Positions 18,018 through 26,707 of a DNA stretch of 64,000 bases are shown here, in pieces. Source of the stretch: Escherichia phage vB_EcoM_KAW3E185; sequence record MK373782.1; one strand, given 5' to 3'. Every line of letters begins with the position of its first letter. Position 1 is the stretch's first letter. The translations under genes were made by a program, and so were the position numbers. Under the pieces are notes generated by a model that made no database searches, was not told the origin of the DNA, and saw only the letters and a list, made by a program, of their open reading frames with translations.

Positions 18018-18215
18018 TTAATCAATTACAAAGATTGCTTTGTCACCATTTATATCTGTGACTTCATATGTAGTGCCTTCATACTGTGGAATATTCCAAA
18101 TTACACCATCATTAGCTTTTACGCTAATATGGCATTGGTGTTTTGAAACAACTTCATAATCTTCAAAACTTGTAAAAACACTAATTTTAGAACCAGTGCA
18201 AATTGCAGTAGTCAT
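18018..18215 (-). CDS. small hypothetical protein (65 aa)
   Basis: ORF on gene strand. Confidence 0.4.
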   Translation of the reverse strand: MTTAICTGSKISVFTSFEDYEVVSKHQCHISVKANDGVIWNIPQYEGTTYEVTDINGDKAIFVID

Positions 18216-18216
18216 T

Positions 18217-18876
18217 TTAACCTCGATTCATAAATGCATTAAATATTTGGTCATCAACAGAAATTTCTAATTCGACTTCAATTGTTTCAGCCTTTTCTTC
18301 AGGTGGTAATTCGTATCCACACACTACAATTTTTTCATCGATATCAAAATATACAGAAGCAATACGATTAATGTTACTTTCAGTTAAGTCTAAATCAACA
18401 TCAACATCTTTTTGGCCTACACTTAGAGGATAACTAATACGGGTTATTTTATTATCTTTAACAAAGAGTCCACCAACATACTCTGTACTACGTTTGAAGT
18501 TTACACGTTTCCGAATTGAAAGATATGATACATCTTTACCGTGAGCTCGGCTCATAGGACATAATGAATAGCTAGAATAAGAGATGTCAAATCCTACACC
18601 TTCAATATGAGCCAACGTGTCATGATTAAACCAATTATAATCATATGCCAAATCCATTATATTGTAATATGTGAAAGGCACAGGATTAACATCATATGTT
18701 GTACCTTTAAAATCTGCCCAGGCAACGATTTCGTTATCTTTAACAATTACAAAAATTACACCAATATGATATCCGTTGTTATTTTCGTTCGGCGTTATAT
18801 TATAACATTGTGCATTAGGAAATTTACCATATTTAAATGGTGCGTTTTTGTGCATATAATAAATCATATTATTCAC
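18217..18876 (-). CDS. hypothetical protein (219 aa)
   Basis: ORF on gene strand; no recognisable motif. Confidence 0.5.
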   Translation of the reverse strand: MNNMIYYMHKNAPFKYGKFPNAQCYNITPNENNNGYHIGVIFVIVKDNEIVAWADFKGTTYDVNPVPFTYYNIMDLAYDYNWFNHDTLAHIEGVGFDISYSSYSLCPMSRAHGKDVSYLSIRKRVNFKRSTEYVGGLFVKDNKITRISYPLSVGQKDVDVDLDLTESNINRIASVYFDIDEKIVVCGYELPPEEKAETIEVELEISVDDQIFNAFMNRG

Positions 18877-19162
18877 CTGTGATTTCGGTTACGATATCTT
18901 TGTTATCGAAATTAGGGTCACAATACAAAACATAGTTGTACTGCATGATACCGCCAGACTTAAGTTGTTCAACAACTTTATTAACCATATTAGGACGGTC
19001 TCGTTTAGTGATGTTCATGATATCAGAGAAGATTTGTTGTTCAACATCTTCTTGATTTGCAGTCATTGACCACTCACAGAGGTCTTTATCATAACCTGCC
19101 GTAACTGGAGCCGGTGCACATGATACTGCAAGTAAGATTGCTGCCAATGATAACTTTTTCAT
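18869..19162 (-). CDS. sp: spackle periplasmic protein (97 aa)
   Basis: Signal peptide; GYDKDLCEWSMTA...SGGIMQYNYVLYCD matches T4 Sp as I recall it. Confidence 0.7.
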   Translation of the reverse strand: MKKLSLAAILLAVSCAPAPVTAGYDKDLCEWSMTANQEDVEQQIFSDIMNITKRDRPNMVNKVVEQLKSGGIMQYNYVLYCDPNFDNKDIVTEITGE

Positions 19163-19225
19163 TTTAACTCCTTAGTTGATTTGATAGGACTACTATACTA
19201 TAGTCCATCTATAATGTAAACAAGT

Positions 19226-19474
19226 TTATTCTTTTTCGCGAATAATAATTACTTGTTGAGGCTGCTGAGCTGATTTCTTTTCGGCAACGATAGACCAAAT
19301 TAAAGTTCCAATCCAACCAACCATCGTCCAGTTAAAGAGTAAAGATACAAAGAAGATTGCTGTTGTGCTTTTTGTGCCACGAATAAGTGCGATTACCCAA
19401 GGCAACATGTAAATGATGATTGAACCAATACCTGCGATTAAAACTGCTACTGAACTAGCTACGAATAATTCCAT
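19226..19474 (-). CDS. small membrane protein (82 aa, two hydrophobic segments)
   Basis: Hydrophobic composition; ORF on gene strand. Confidence 0.45.
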   Translation of the reverse strand: MELFVASSVAVLIAGIGSIIIYMLPWVIALIRGTKSTTAIFFVSLLFNWTMVGWIGTLIWSIVAEKKSAQQPQQVIIIREKE

Positions 19475-19535
19475 GTTAATTTCCTCTTGATTTGTTATGT
19501 TTATAGTATCTTATTTTAACTTTGGTGTAAACCAA

Positions 19536-19904
19536 TTAATTAAATTTGTTTAAACGTTCAATACACTGGACGTAGTTATTCGCGATTTGTTTCTGGGTAG
19601 GCTCTTTACCAGTTGTTTCAACATAGCGAATGAATGCGATTTCAGTAGCCTGTAGACAATGTTCTTTAACGCGTTGTTCTTTTGACAATGCTACGGTATC
19701 AGAGTCACGATAACGTTGAGCATGGGCATCAGCTTGAATCATTCGATTACCTACAGTAACCGGGTCTTCCACTTCAACTTTAGGTTGGTCGTACTGTTTA
19801 ACATTCGGATTGTAAATCAATTGGCCGACGTTATTAGGGATAAAGCCATGGGCACCACATCCGGTTAATCCAAATACCATTGCTAAAGCGATTAATTTTT
19901 TCAT
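19536..19904 (-). CDS. putative lipoprotein (122 aa)
   Basis: Signal peptide with lipobox LTGC. Confidence 0.5.
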   Translation of the reverse strand: MKKLIALAMVFGLTGCGAHGFIPNNVGQLIYNPNVKQYDQPKVEVEDPVTVGNRMIQADAHAQRYRDSDTVALSKEQRVKEHCLQATEIAFIRYVETTGKEPTQKQIANNYVQCIERLNKFN

Positions 19905-19932
19905 TTCAATTTCCTCTGTAGTTGATAGAAAG

Positions 19933-19962
19933 ATAGTAACACAGTATGTGGTGCTTGTAAAC
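19933..19962 (-). promoter_or_regulatory. early promoter (-35 GTTTAC, -10 TACTAT)
   Basis: Hexamers upstream of the lipoprotein ORF; coordinates approximate. Confidence 0.35.
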
Positions 19963-19964
19963 AG

Positions 19965-20177
19965 CTATTTTAAACTTTTTCGAAATTTGCGTTTTTCTTG
20001 ACGAATCTGTCGTTTAGTCGGACGTACAGCAAATTTAACGAAGCCCACTTTGCCGTGTGGAAACTTTTCAGATGCTTCGCAGTCCATCATTAGTTCCCAT
20101 CCTTCCAGAATAAGAGCTTTCCATTGTGTAGTTGATGCAAATTCGTATGTTGACGGTTTAAACACAGTTGAATACAT
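19965..20177 (-). CDS. small protein with basic RPTKRQIR tail (about 70 aa)
   Basis: Track ORF 19965-20216; start chosen at Met14 with GAGGA Shine-Dalgarno; tail motif shared with ORF 50276-50473. Confidence 0.45.
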   Translation of the reverse strand: MYSTVFKPSTYEFASTTQWKALILEGWELMMDCEASEKFPHGKVGFVKFAVRPTKRQIRQEKRKFRKSLK

Positions 20178-20178
20178 A

Positions 20179-20370
20179 TTATCCTCTGAAATCAGCTTCA
20201 AAAACTTTCTCGTCATTAATAAATGCTTTAACTAATGCATTGTTCACTTCAGCAAGTTGTACCGTAACCCACTCGATTTCTTCGCGATCACCTGATAACA
20301 TGATATCTTTAGTGAACATCTCACCGCTTTTAAACCAACCGATAAAAGTAACTTTAGTTAATTTGCTCAT
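20179..20370 (-). CDS. dmd: Dmd-like antitoxin (inhibitor of RnlA/LsoA RNase toxins)
   Basis: KVTFIGWFKSGEMFTKDI...AEVNNALVKAFINDEKV resembles T4 Dmd as I recall it; start chosen at Met8. Confidence 0.65.
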   Translation of the reverse strand: MSKLTKVTFIGWFKSGEMFTKDIMLSGDREEIEWVTVQLAEVNNALVKAFINDEKVFEADFRG

Positions 20371-20684
20371 ATTTCCTCGCAAAATGCCCATTCAGCGTGA
20401 TAAACTGTAGCGCCTTTAGTATCATTCATTTGAACTACATCTACCGGAGAAATTACTCGATAGAGACGTGGTTCACCTCCATAAGAGCGTGCTGCTCGTC
20501 CTGCATAAATCTTTGCTAAACCGATATCTTCAGTAAAGAATACACGATCCAAGTTTTTCTTACGTCCAGTTTCAGACAGAACTCCTGTTTCTTCAGGAGG
20601 ACAAAGCATGTTTTCGATGTTAGCTGAACTACTTGAACCGTGATAAAAAATCTTAAATTCTGCTTTACAATCGATGGTTTTCAT
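20367..20684 (-). CDS. hypothetical protein (105 aa)
   Basis: ORF on gene strand with upstream early promoter. Confidence 0.45.
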   Translation of the reverse strand: MKTIDCKAEFKIFYHGSSSSANIENMLCPPEETGVLSETGRKKNLDRVFFTEDIGLAKIYAGRAARSYGGEPRLYRVISPVDVVQMNDTKGATVYHAEWAFCEEI

Positions 20685-20710
20685 TTTGTTCTCCAGTAGT
20701 TGATAGGTCT

Positions 20711-20739
20711 ATAATAACACAACTACTGGAGAAGTAAAC
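20711..20739 (-). promoter_or_regulatory. early promoter (-35 GTTTAC, 17 nt, -10 TATTAT), cassette family B
   Basis: Minus strand reads GTTTACttctccagtagttgtgtTATTAT; coordinates approximate. Confidence 0.5.
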
Positions 20740-21114
20740 TTAAAAATGTAATTTAGATATATCTGCGTTGATTTCGTTTTGGTTTGCGTCATATGCAATT
20801 AAACGAACCGCTTTAGATGGGTCATTCAATGCATAGAAATGATGGAACATTGCTCGAACGATATCACCATTTACGAGTTCTACCTGGATAGGAGAACCTT
20901 TTTCGAGTTGGAAATGTTCGTAAGCTTTGATGGTTCGTAGATAATCAAGTTTTTGATTTCCAGCTCCAACTATTTGTACGATACGTTTGCCTGTGTTTTC
21001 CATACGAGATACAATAGTTTTAGGAGCAAGAATAACGTAGGTTGCCAGCGGAGAAACTACTTCAACAGTTGTGTTTTCGGTGATTGCAGTAAAAATTGCT
21101 TGAGACATATTCAT
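20740..21114 (-). CDS. hypothetical protein (124 aa)
   Basis: ORF on gene strand. Confidence 0.5.
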   Translation of the reverse strand: MNMSQAIFTAITENTTVEVVSPLATYVILAPKTIVSRMENTGKRIVQIVGAGNQKLDYLRTIKAYEHFQLEKGSPIQVELVNGDIVRAMFHHFYALNDPSKAVRLIAYDANQNEINADISKLHF

Positions 21115-21143
21115 AATGTTTTCCTCTTTGTTGGTGTAAATAC

Positions 21144-21173
21144 ATCATATCATGCCTAGAGGAAGATGTAAAC
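21144..21173 (-). promoter_or_regulatory. early promoter (-35 GTTTAC, 18 nt, -10 TATGAT)
   Basis: Hexamers upstream of ORF 20740-21114; coordinates approximate. Confidence 0.4.
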
Positions 21174-21177
21174 CCCG

Positions 21178-21199
21178 AAAGGAGACCGAAGTCTCCTTT
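21178..21199 (-). terminator. hairpin aaaggagac-UUCG-gtctccttt after gene 41
   Basis: 9-bp stem with UUCG loop directly after the gene 41 stop; weak U-tract, so could be a stability element rather than a terminator. Confidence 0.45.
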
Positions 21200-21202
21200 T
21201 TA

Positions 21203-22645
21203 TTAAAATTTTAACTCGTTGGCTAAGCTATCTAGGTCAGCACGTGTTGCTTTGGCTTTACCTACGCGTTCCGTGCGATTCACCTCTGCCTGACGCATCT
21301 GAGCACCTGCGTTTTCATTTACTGTGTTAGGTGTGTTCATGCCTTCTTGCTCAATCTCAATCCATTTCTGGTTGCCTTTACGTACACCCATCAGGAATTT
21401 ATTCCACTTATTCTTATCACCATATCGTGATTTGATTTGTTTGATAAGTTGTTGTTCAGCTTGTGCAAGTTCTTCGGTTTCAATTACAGCCAACATGAAA
21501 TCTGCCGTTGCTGGTAAACCTGCTGATTCTGCGATATCACTCATGTTCATGTCTGAAGCATCCCATGCTGCACGCCCTACTTGAGCTGCAGTCCATAGAA
21601 CTGTTTCAGATTCTACTGCTAATGCACGAAGTTCTTCTGCGATAGCTTTAACTAATGTGTAGCTATTTTCAGTGTAAACTCTGATACGACACGACCCACA
21701 AATACCTAAGTAATCAACCATGATTACAGATGGCACAAAGTTCTTCTTAAGTTTTAACTCATTAAGCAATGCACGGAATGTATTAGCATTAGCTCCGCCA
21801 GTAGGATACTGTTTAACTACTAAACGTCCTAATGTTGTTTTTGAACGCCATTTTTCCATCTTGGCTTTATATTCAGCATAAGATACGTTACCATCATCGA
21901 TATCATCGAGTGATACGTCAAGCATGTTTGCATCTATACGCTTAGCACAAACTTCTTCAGCCATTTCCATGGAAATATAAAGAACATTATGACCTGTTTG
22001 AAGATAATCTGCAGCAAGTGAACAAAGACCTAAAGATTTACCAACGTTAACACCGGCCATTAAAACATTCAGTGTACCTGTTTCTGCACCGCCTTTGGTG
22101 ATTTTATTCAAAATGTTTAATTTGAACGGGACCTTACGTGCTTTATTTAGATAAGAAAGCCAGCGTGCTTCGTAGTCTTCCATCCAGTCATGTCCAACAT
22201 AACTATCGAACGAAATTGAAAGTGCTTGACGCATAATATCAGGAATAGCTCCTACGTCAGGCATTTTCTTGTTACGTTGTTCTGGAGGTAGTTCAGCATT
22301 AGACTGAATCTCAATGATTTTGGATGTAGCATTATACATCGCTTTTTGCTGGACATATTTCTCAGTTTCTTTAACCAACCATTCGTGGTCTTCAGGAGTA
22401 TCAGCCAATTTTTCAATTAGGTCTGAAGTTCCTTTATATTCGGCTTCAGTTAAAGAACTGTTATCTAAAGCCACCTTTAACGCATTGATAGATGGCATTG
22501 CATTATATTCGTTAACGTGGCTCTTTATAATTTTAAAGACATTTTTTGCCGGTCCACGCTCAAAATACTCAGAATCCATATAAGGCCAGACCTTAGAAAA
22601 ATAAGCCTGGTCATATACTAGATGAGACAAAATAATTTCTACCAC
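21203..22645 (-). CDS. 41: replicative DNA helicase gp41 (DnaB-like), 480 aa
   Basis: N-terminus MVEIILSHLVYDQAYFSKVWPYMDSEYFE and Walker A GVNVGKS match T4 gp41 as I recall it. Confidence 0.9.
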   Translation of the reverse strand: MVEIILSHLVYDQAYFSKVWPYMDSEYFERGPAKNVFKIIKSHVNEYNAMPSINALKVALDNSSLTEAEYKGTSDLIEKLADTPEDHEWLVKETEKYVQQKAMYNATSKIIEIQSNAELPPEQRNKKMPDVGAIPDIMRQALSISFDSYVGHDWMEDYEARWLSYLNKARKVPFKLNILNKITKGGAETGTLNVLMAGVNVGKSLGLCSLAADYLQTGHNVLYISMEMAEEVCAKRIDANMLDVSLDDIDDGNVSYAEYKAKMEKWRSKTTLGRLVVKQYPTGGANANTFRALLNELKLKKNFVPSVIMVDYLGICGSCRIRVYTENSYTLVKAIAEELRALAVESETVLWTAAQVGRAAWDASDMNMSDIAESAGLPATADFMLAVIETEELAQAEQQLIKQIKSRYGDKNKWNKFLMGVRKGNQKWIEIEQEGMNTPNTVNENAGAQMRQAEVNRTERVGKAKATRADLDSLANELKF

Positions 22646-22654
22646 GATAACTCC

Positions 22655-23017
22655 TTAAAAGAATTTAAATTTTTTCTTGGTTCGTTCATTAAAAGCTTGT
22701 TGTACTTGCATTGTAACACATTTTTCAACATGTGGTGCAAGTTCTGCTTTTCTGTCCTGGTCAAGAACTGCAAAGTCCATTACGATTTTACCATCAACCC
22801 AGTCTAGTTTTGTAATATAGACTATATGATGGGAACCGTCTTCAAGTGTAATCAGAATCTCTTGAATGACATTTTCCATTGCTGAACGGACAATTTTAAG
22901 AGATTCATTAAACACTCGTTCTTTGCGAATGTCCTCCCCTTCCGAAGAAGGGGATTCATCAACGATTTCTAGATTTAAATCATCGAGATTATTCATCGAA
23001 ATCTTCCATTTCGTCAA
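22655..23017 (-). CDS. 40: gp40-position protein (120 aa)
   Basis: Position between 41 and uvsX and size as T4 gp40; no motif evidence. Confidence 0.5.
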   Translation of the reverse strand: MTKWKISMNNLDDLNLEIVDESPSSEGEDIRKERVFNESLKIVRSAMENVIQEILITLEDGSHHIVYITKLDWVDGKIVMDFAVLDQDRKAELAPHVEKCVTMQVQQAFNERTKKKFKFF

Positions 23018-24161
23018 GGTCGTTTTCTATATCTGCTGCAGACGGAGCATCAGAAGTTTTAACCGGAACTTTAGTTGTTGCTTTGCAATTAATAAGGTCG
23101 TTAACAGCGTCATCAACTTCTTTAATAGAAGAGATAGCACCTAGTTTATATTTAGTTTCAATTGCATCTCGGAAAGGTTTGTGTTTAAACAACGGACCCC
23201 AGAATTCTACACAATCAGTAGCTTTAGCACGCCACGATTTCTCTTCACGAATCATTTCACCTGTTTCTTCGTCAAGGAATTCACGAGCATACCAACCAGC
23301 TTTAGGCTTAACAACAAATCCAATTTCAGTTGCCATTTCTAACAAGCCACTGAATGGGTCGATACCACCATCAAAATTAACTGTGATTGGGAAAGTAGAT
23401 TTCTCTTTAACTGTACGAGATTTTTCTGCTTTCAGTGTGAAATCGTACCCAGTCAATTCTGTACCTTCTTTAACCTGACGTTTAGAGATAAAAAATACAG
23501 TGTTAGCAGAATAAAGAATACCTGTACCACCACCCATAATCTCTTTAGGATACAATCCGCCAATTTCCATTGCGGTATGGTTGATTGCAACACACGGAAT
23601 ATCTTTAATAGTCAGATACGGTGTCACAATACGGAAAAGAGATTTAAGTGCTTTAGCACGAGACATATCACCTACAACTTTCTCGTTCAACGCATCTTCG
23701 GTTTCTTTCTTAGATGCAGTATTACCGATTGAATCGATAAAGATAATAACTTTATCACCGCGTTCAATAGCGTCAAGCTGATTAGTCATATCAACTTTAA
23801 GTTGTTCGACAGATTGAATCGGAGTATGAACTACACGGTCTAAATCAACACCCATCGAACGGAAGTAAGATTCTGAAGCACCGAATTCTGAGTCATAAAA
23901 CAAACAAATTGCATCTTTATATTTCTTCATATATGCTGCAACCATGGTCAGCCCAAACAATGTTTTAAAGTGTTTAGAAGGAGCAGCAAAAATAGTTAAG
24001 CCTGATTGCAACCCGGCATTCAGTGCACCACCTAGTGCAATATTCAACATCGGAATACGAGTAGGGACTTCATCACGATTATTAAACAGCTTAGACTTAG
24101 TCAAGTCTGCAGTCATTTTAGAAGTAGAAGCTTTAATCAGACGAGATTTTAAATCAGACAT
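22989..24161 (-). CDS. uvsX: UvsX recombinase (RecA-like), 390 aa
   Basis: N-terminus MSDLKSRLIKASTSK and RecA core motifs match T4 UvsX as I recall it. Confidence 0.9.
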   Translation of the reverse strand: MSDLKSRLIKASTSKMTADLTKSKLFNNRDEVPTRIPMLNIALGGALNAGLQSGLTIFAAPSKHFKTLFGLTMVAAYMKKYKDAICLFYDSEFGASESYFRSMGVDLDRVVHTPIQSVEQLKVDMTNQLDAIERGDKVIIFIDSIGNTASKKETEDALNEKVVGDMSRAKALKSLFRIVTPYLTIKDIPCVAINHTAMEIGGLYPKEIMGGGTGILYSANTVFFISKRQVKEGTELTGYDFTLKAEKSRTVKEKSTFPITVNFDGGIDPFSGLLEMATEIGFVVKPKAGWYAREFLDEETGEMIREEKSWRAKATDCVEFWGPLFKHKPFRDAIETKYKLGAISSIKEVDDAVNDLINCKATTKVPVKTSDAPSAADIENDLDEMEDFDE

Positions 24162-24259
24162 TGTATTTTTCCATAGGCATCATTATATTTTACTCATGTT
24201 TAAAAGATAAGATGATTATATACTAAGGGTTATACAGCATTTAAAACTTTAAATGGCTC

Positions 24260-24808
24260 TTAACGAGCCCATTTGATAATTTCTGTAATCAAATAATTAC
24301 GTTCGCTTGCATTAAATCCTATAACTTTGTTAGCACCATCATGATTAAGTAATTGATACGTTTGGATTTTGTTATGAATTGCAAACTCTTCAAAATGTGA
24401 AATGACTGTATTAAAACCGAATGAAGACAAAGTAATAAGGTCGTCTTCAAAACTTTCAGTCATTTCGTTACGTGTTAAAATAATTGTGAACACATCATGG
24501 TTTTGGCAAAGACGAATATAATCCTGTTCATAAACGTCAAGAACCGAGTCCGCATCTTGTCGAATACGTCCATAAACCCAGTTACTAATATATCCACGGT
24601 CTAACAGATAAATCTTAGTAGGGTCTAAATAATTCAACATCGTTTCGAAACAACCAACTTCATTTCGAGACTTAACATCGAAACGTCCATCAACTGTTCG
24701 TTTAGGGAAATCAATCTTTACATATCTTTCACTAATTTCCATTATGTCATTAATGAAAGTTGTTTTACCAGCATTATCCGGGCCATCTACTAAAATAATT
24801 TTAGCCAT
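24260..24808 (-). CDS. P-loop nucleoside/nucleotide kinase-like protein (182 aa)
   Basis: Walker A GPDNAGKTT and LLDRGY motif typical of dNK/TMPK-family kinases; sits in the T4 beta-gt slot. Confidence 0.5.
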   Translation of the reverse strand: MAKIILVDGPDNAGKTTFINDIMEISERYVKIDFPKRTVDGRFDVKSRNEVGCFETMLNYLDPTKIYLLDRGYISNWVYGRIRQDADSVLDVYEQDYIRLCQNHDVFTIILTRNEMTESFEDDLITLSSFGFNTVISHFEEFAIHNKIQTYQLLNHDGANKVIGFNASERNYLITEIIKWAR

Positions 24809-24809
24809 T

Positions 24810-25709
24810 TTATTCCTCGATTACGACATCTTCATATTTAGGTATATTATACGGTGAAGAAATTAAAGCATTAAAATAGATGAACTCACCAAGACCTGGA
24901 TGAAATACTTCTTCAGGATTTTCGAAATATTGAATCTTCGGACGTCCTTTAAGAATTTGATAGTACTCAGTTTTAGTTGGTTTAAAAATTCGAATTAGCG
25001 CTTCTTCAGGATACTTATTTCTGTCAAAGCTATTATTTGGATCGGTTATATAAAGCGGTTGACCTAATTGAATTGCGCATTCAACAACTTGTTCAAAACG
25101 ATAGCATGGGTCACTAATTCGAAATGGATGAAAAATACCATCTAGATGAATAGGAGCCAAATCACCTACAAGACGCTGCATGATGGAAGGACGTATAACT
25201 TTCTGCGTTACGATAATCTTATTACCATCTGCACCAGCGTTAACCAGCACTTCTTTTTGACGTTCATTCAACACAGTAGTTTGAAGTGAACGATTAACCG
25301 ACAACATATCGGTTTTTAAGAATTCGTCAATATAAAAACGTGGTTTATTAGGGTCTGCAGTGATATTGAAATTGAATTCCACATCAAAAGCGCCGTCATA
25401 TCCAGTGATATCTGTGATTAGAAAATCACAATCATAATAAGCAATTAATGAATCAACCACAAATTCATTTTCAGACCAGAAATATTTACGAGTGTTATAC
25501 GCGTTATCTTTATACCATAATGGAACAAACTTAAATTCTGGAAAAAGACGTTCGCATTCTTTAATATCAGATGCATTACGTGGATATGTAATCACATCAC
25601 CCGGATTAGCACGGTGCAAATGAAGTTGGAAGTTGCCATCCTTAAGGATAGCATACTGTCCAGTTTCATAAGACCTCATACTCAAGATAGGTACGCGGAA
25701 AATAGCCAT
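24810..25709 (-). CDS. hypothetical protein (299 aa), candidate DNA-modification enzyme
   Basis: Occupies the beta-gt position between uvsX and 42; stop overlaps the gene 42 start; no recognisable motif. Confidence 0.5.
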   Translation of the reverse strand: MAIFRVPILSMRSYETGQYAILKDGNFQLHLHRANPGDVITYPRNASDIKECERLFPEFKFVPLWYKDNAYNTRKYFWSENEFVVDSLIAYYDCDFLITDITGYDGAFDVEFNFNITADPNKPRFYIDEFLKTDMLSVNRSLQTTVLNERQKEVLVNAGADGNKIIVTQKVIRPSIMQRLVGDLAPIHLDGIFHPFRISDPCYRFEQVVECAIQLGQPLYITDPNNSFDRNKYPEEALIRIFKPTKTEYYQILKGRPKIQYFENPEEVFHPGLGEFIYFNALISSPYNIPKYEDVVIEE

Positions 25710-26425
25710 TAGTCAAGGAATCCTTTAACATAATCAAAATCACGTTCAAACACATGGGCACTTACCATGGTATGAGTATAATCACCAACTTCTACACCGC
25801 ATTCGTTAGCGATATAATGAAGTAATTTTCCTTGGAGATAAAAATCCAACTGCATAACAACAGCGCAGTTCTGAGAACGCATATGACAGTGGGTATAAAG
25901 CTTACCATCACGGATATAATAAGTCACTGAGTCAGTACATGGATATTCAAGCGTTTCGTCTGAATCAAGCAAAGCCTGATCAGAACTTTCTAGAATTTGG
26001 AACACAACTCTTCGAGAGTTAGGCTTCTCTTTAAGTTCTTTTAGAAGAGCTGGTAATTGGGCCGCAATGCGAGGACCATAGAAAGTGTTGAAGTTCGCCG
26101 GCAAAACATCTGATTTTGGTTTAGAAATAAATTTAGCGACACTAGGATATGCCTTAAACGCTTCTTCTGCGTTGGTACCACCAGAAATCATAAACTTCCA
26201 GAAGTCTTCGGCGTATTCATAAGAGATGCGGTTAATACGCGGGTCGGTCATTTTGAATGATGATGGAGTGTCAACAACTACTGTCATAGACCCAATTTCA
26301 TTACAACGTCCAATACGAGAATCAGTTACGAATTCCGGGTTTTCTAAAATTTCACGATTGACTGCTTTAAATGCGGTTTGAAAATCTGCGGCTTTGATAT
26401 ATTTCATTGTGTTATGTTTTCCCAT
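25709..26425 (-). CDS. 42: ThyA-family deoxypyrimidylate hydroxymethylase (gp42-like, divergent), 238 aa
   Basis: ThyA-fold motifs PNSRR..., YPCTDSVTYYIRDGKL...HMRSQNCAVV, HVFERDF; gene 42 position and size. Confidence 0.7.
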   Translation of the reverse strand: MGKHNTMKYIKAADFQTAFKAVNREILENPEFVTDSRIGRCNEIGSMTVVVDTPSSFKMTDPRINRISYEYAEDFWKFMISGGTNAEEAFKAYPSVAKFISKPKSDVLPANFNTFYGPRIAAQLPALLKELKEKPNSRRVVFQILESSDQALLDSDETLEYPCTDSVTYYIRDGKLYTHCHMRSQNCAVVMQLDFYLQGKLLHYIANECGVEVGDYTHTMVSAHVFERDFDYVKGFLD

Positions 26426-26467
26426 GTTTACCTCAATACAATTTATTATATACTCAATTCGTAAAGC

Positions 26468-26707
26468 TTATTTGAATTTCTTGACAATGTTGATATAACG
26501 TAAAGCTTCAGCACCGATACTTCCAAGAACACTATGAAGAAATGCATCAGCGTAGTATTCCAATTGAACAGGTTCTTTAATCACTTTAGCCGCTTTAGTT
26601 TCAAACAGGCCCATCAGGGCCCTTTTAAGAATTTGTTCGTTAGTGTTCAGTTTCATAGTCAAAATCTCTTCATTAAGTTGGTGGTTAAAAGTTTTTCTAG
26701 AAATCAT
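26468..26707 (-). CDS. small hypothetical protein (79 aa)
   Basis: ORF on gene strand, overlaps next gene by 4 nt. Confidence 0.45.
   Translation of the reverse strand: MISRKTFNHQLNEEILTMKLNTNEQILKRALMGLFETKAAKVIKEPVQLEYYADAFLHSVLGSIGAEALRYINIVKKFK

Noticed and set aside
20367-20684. ADP-ribosyltransferase-like reading of the 105-aa protein (FYHGSSS...RLYRV...YHAEW)
   Set aside because: Motif spacing does not convincingly match either the R-S-E or H-Y-E ART classes.
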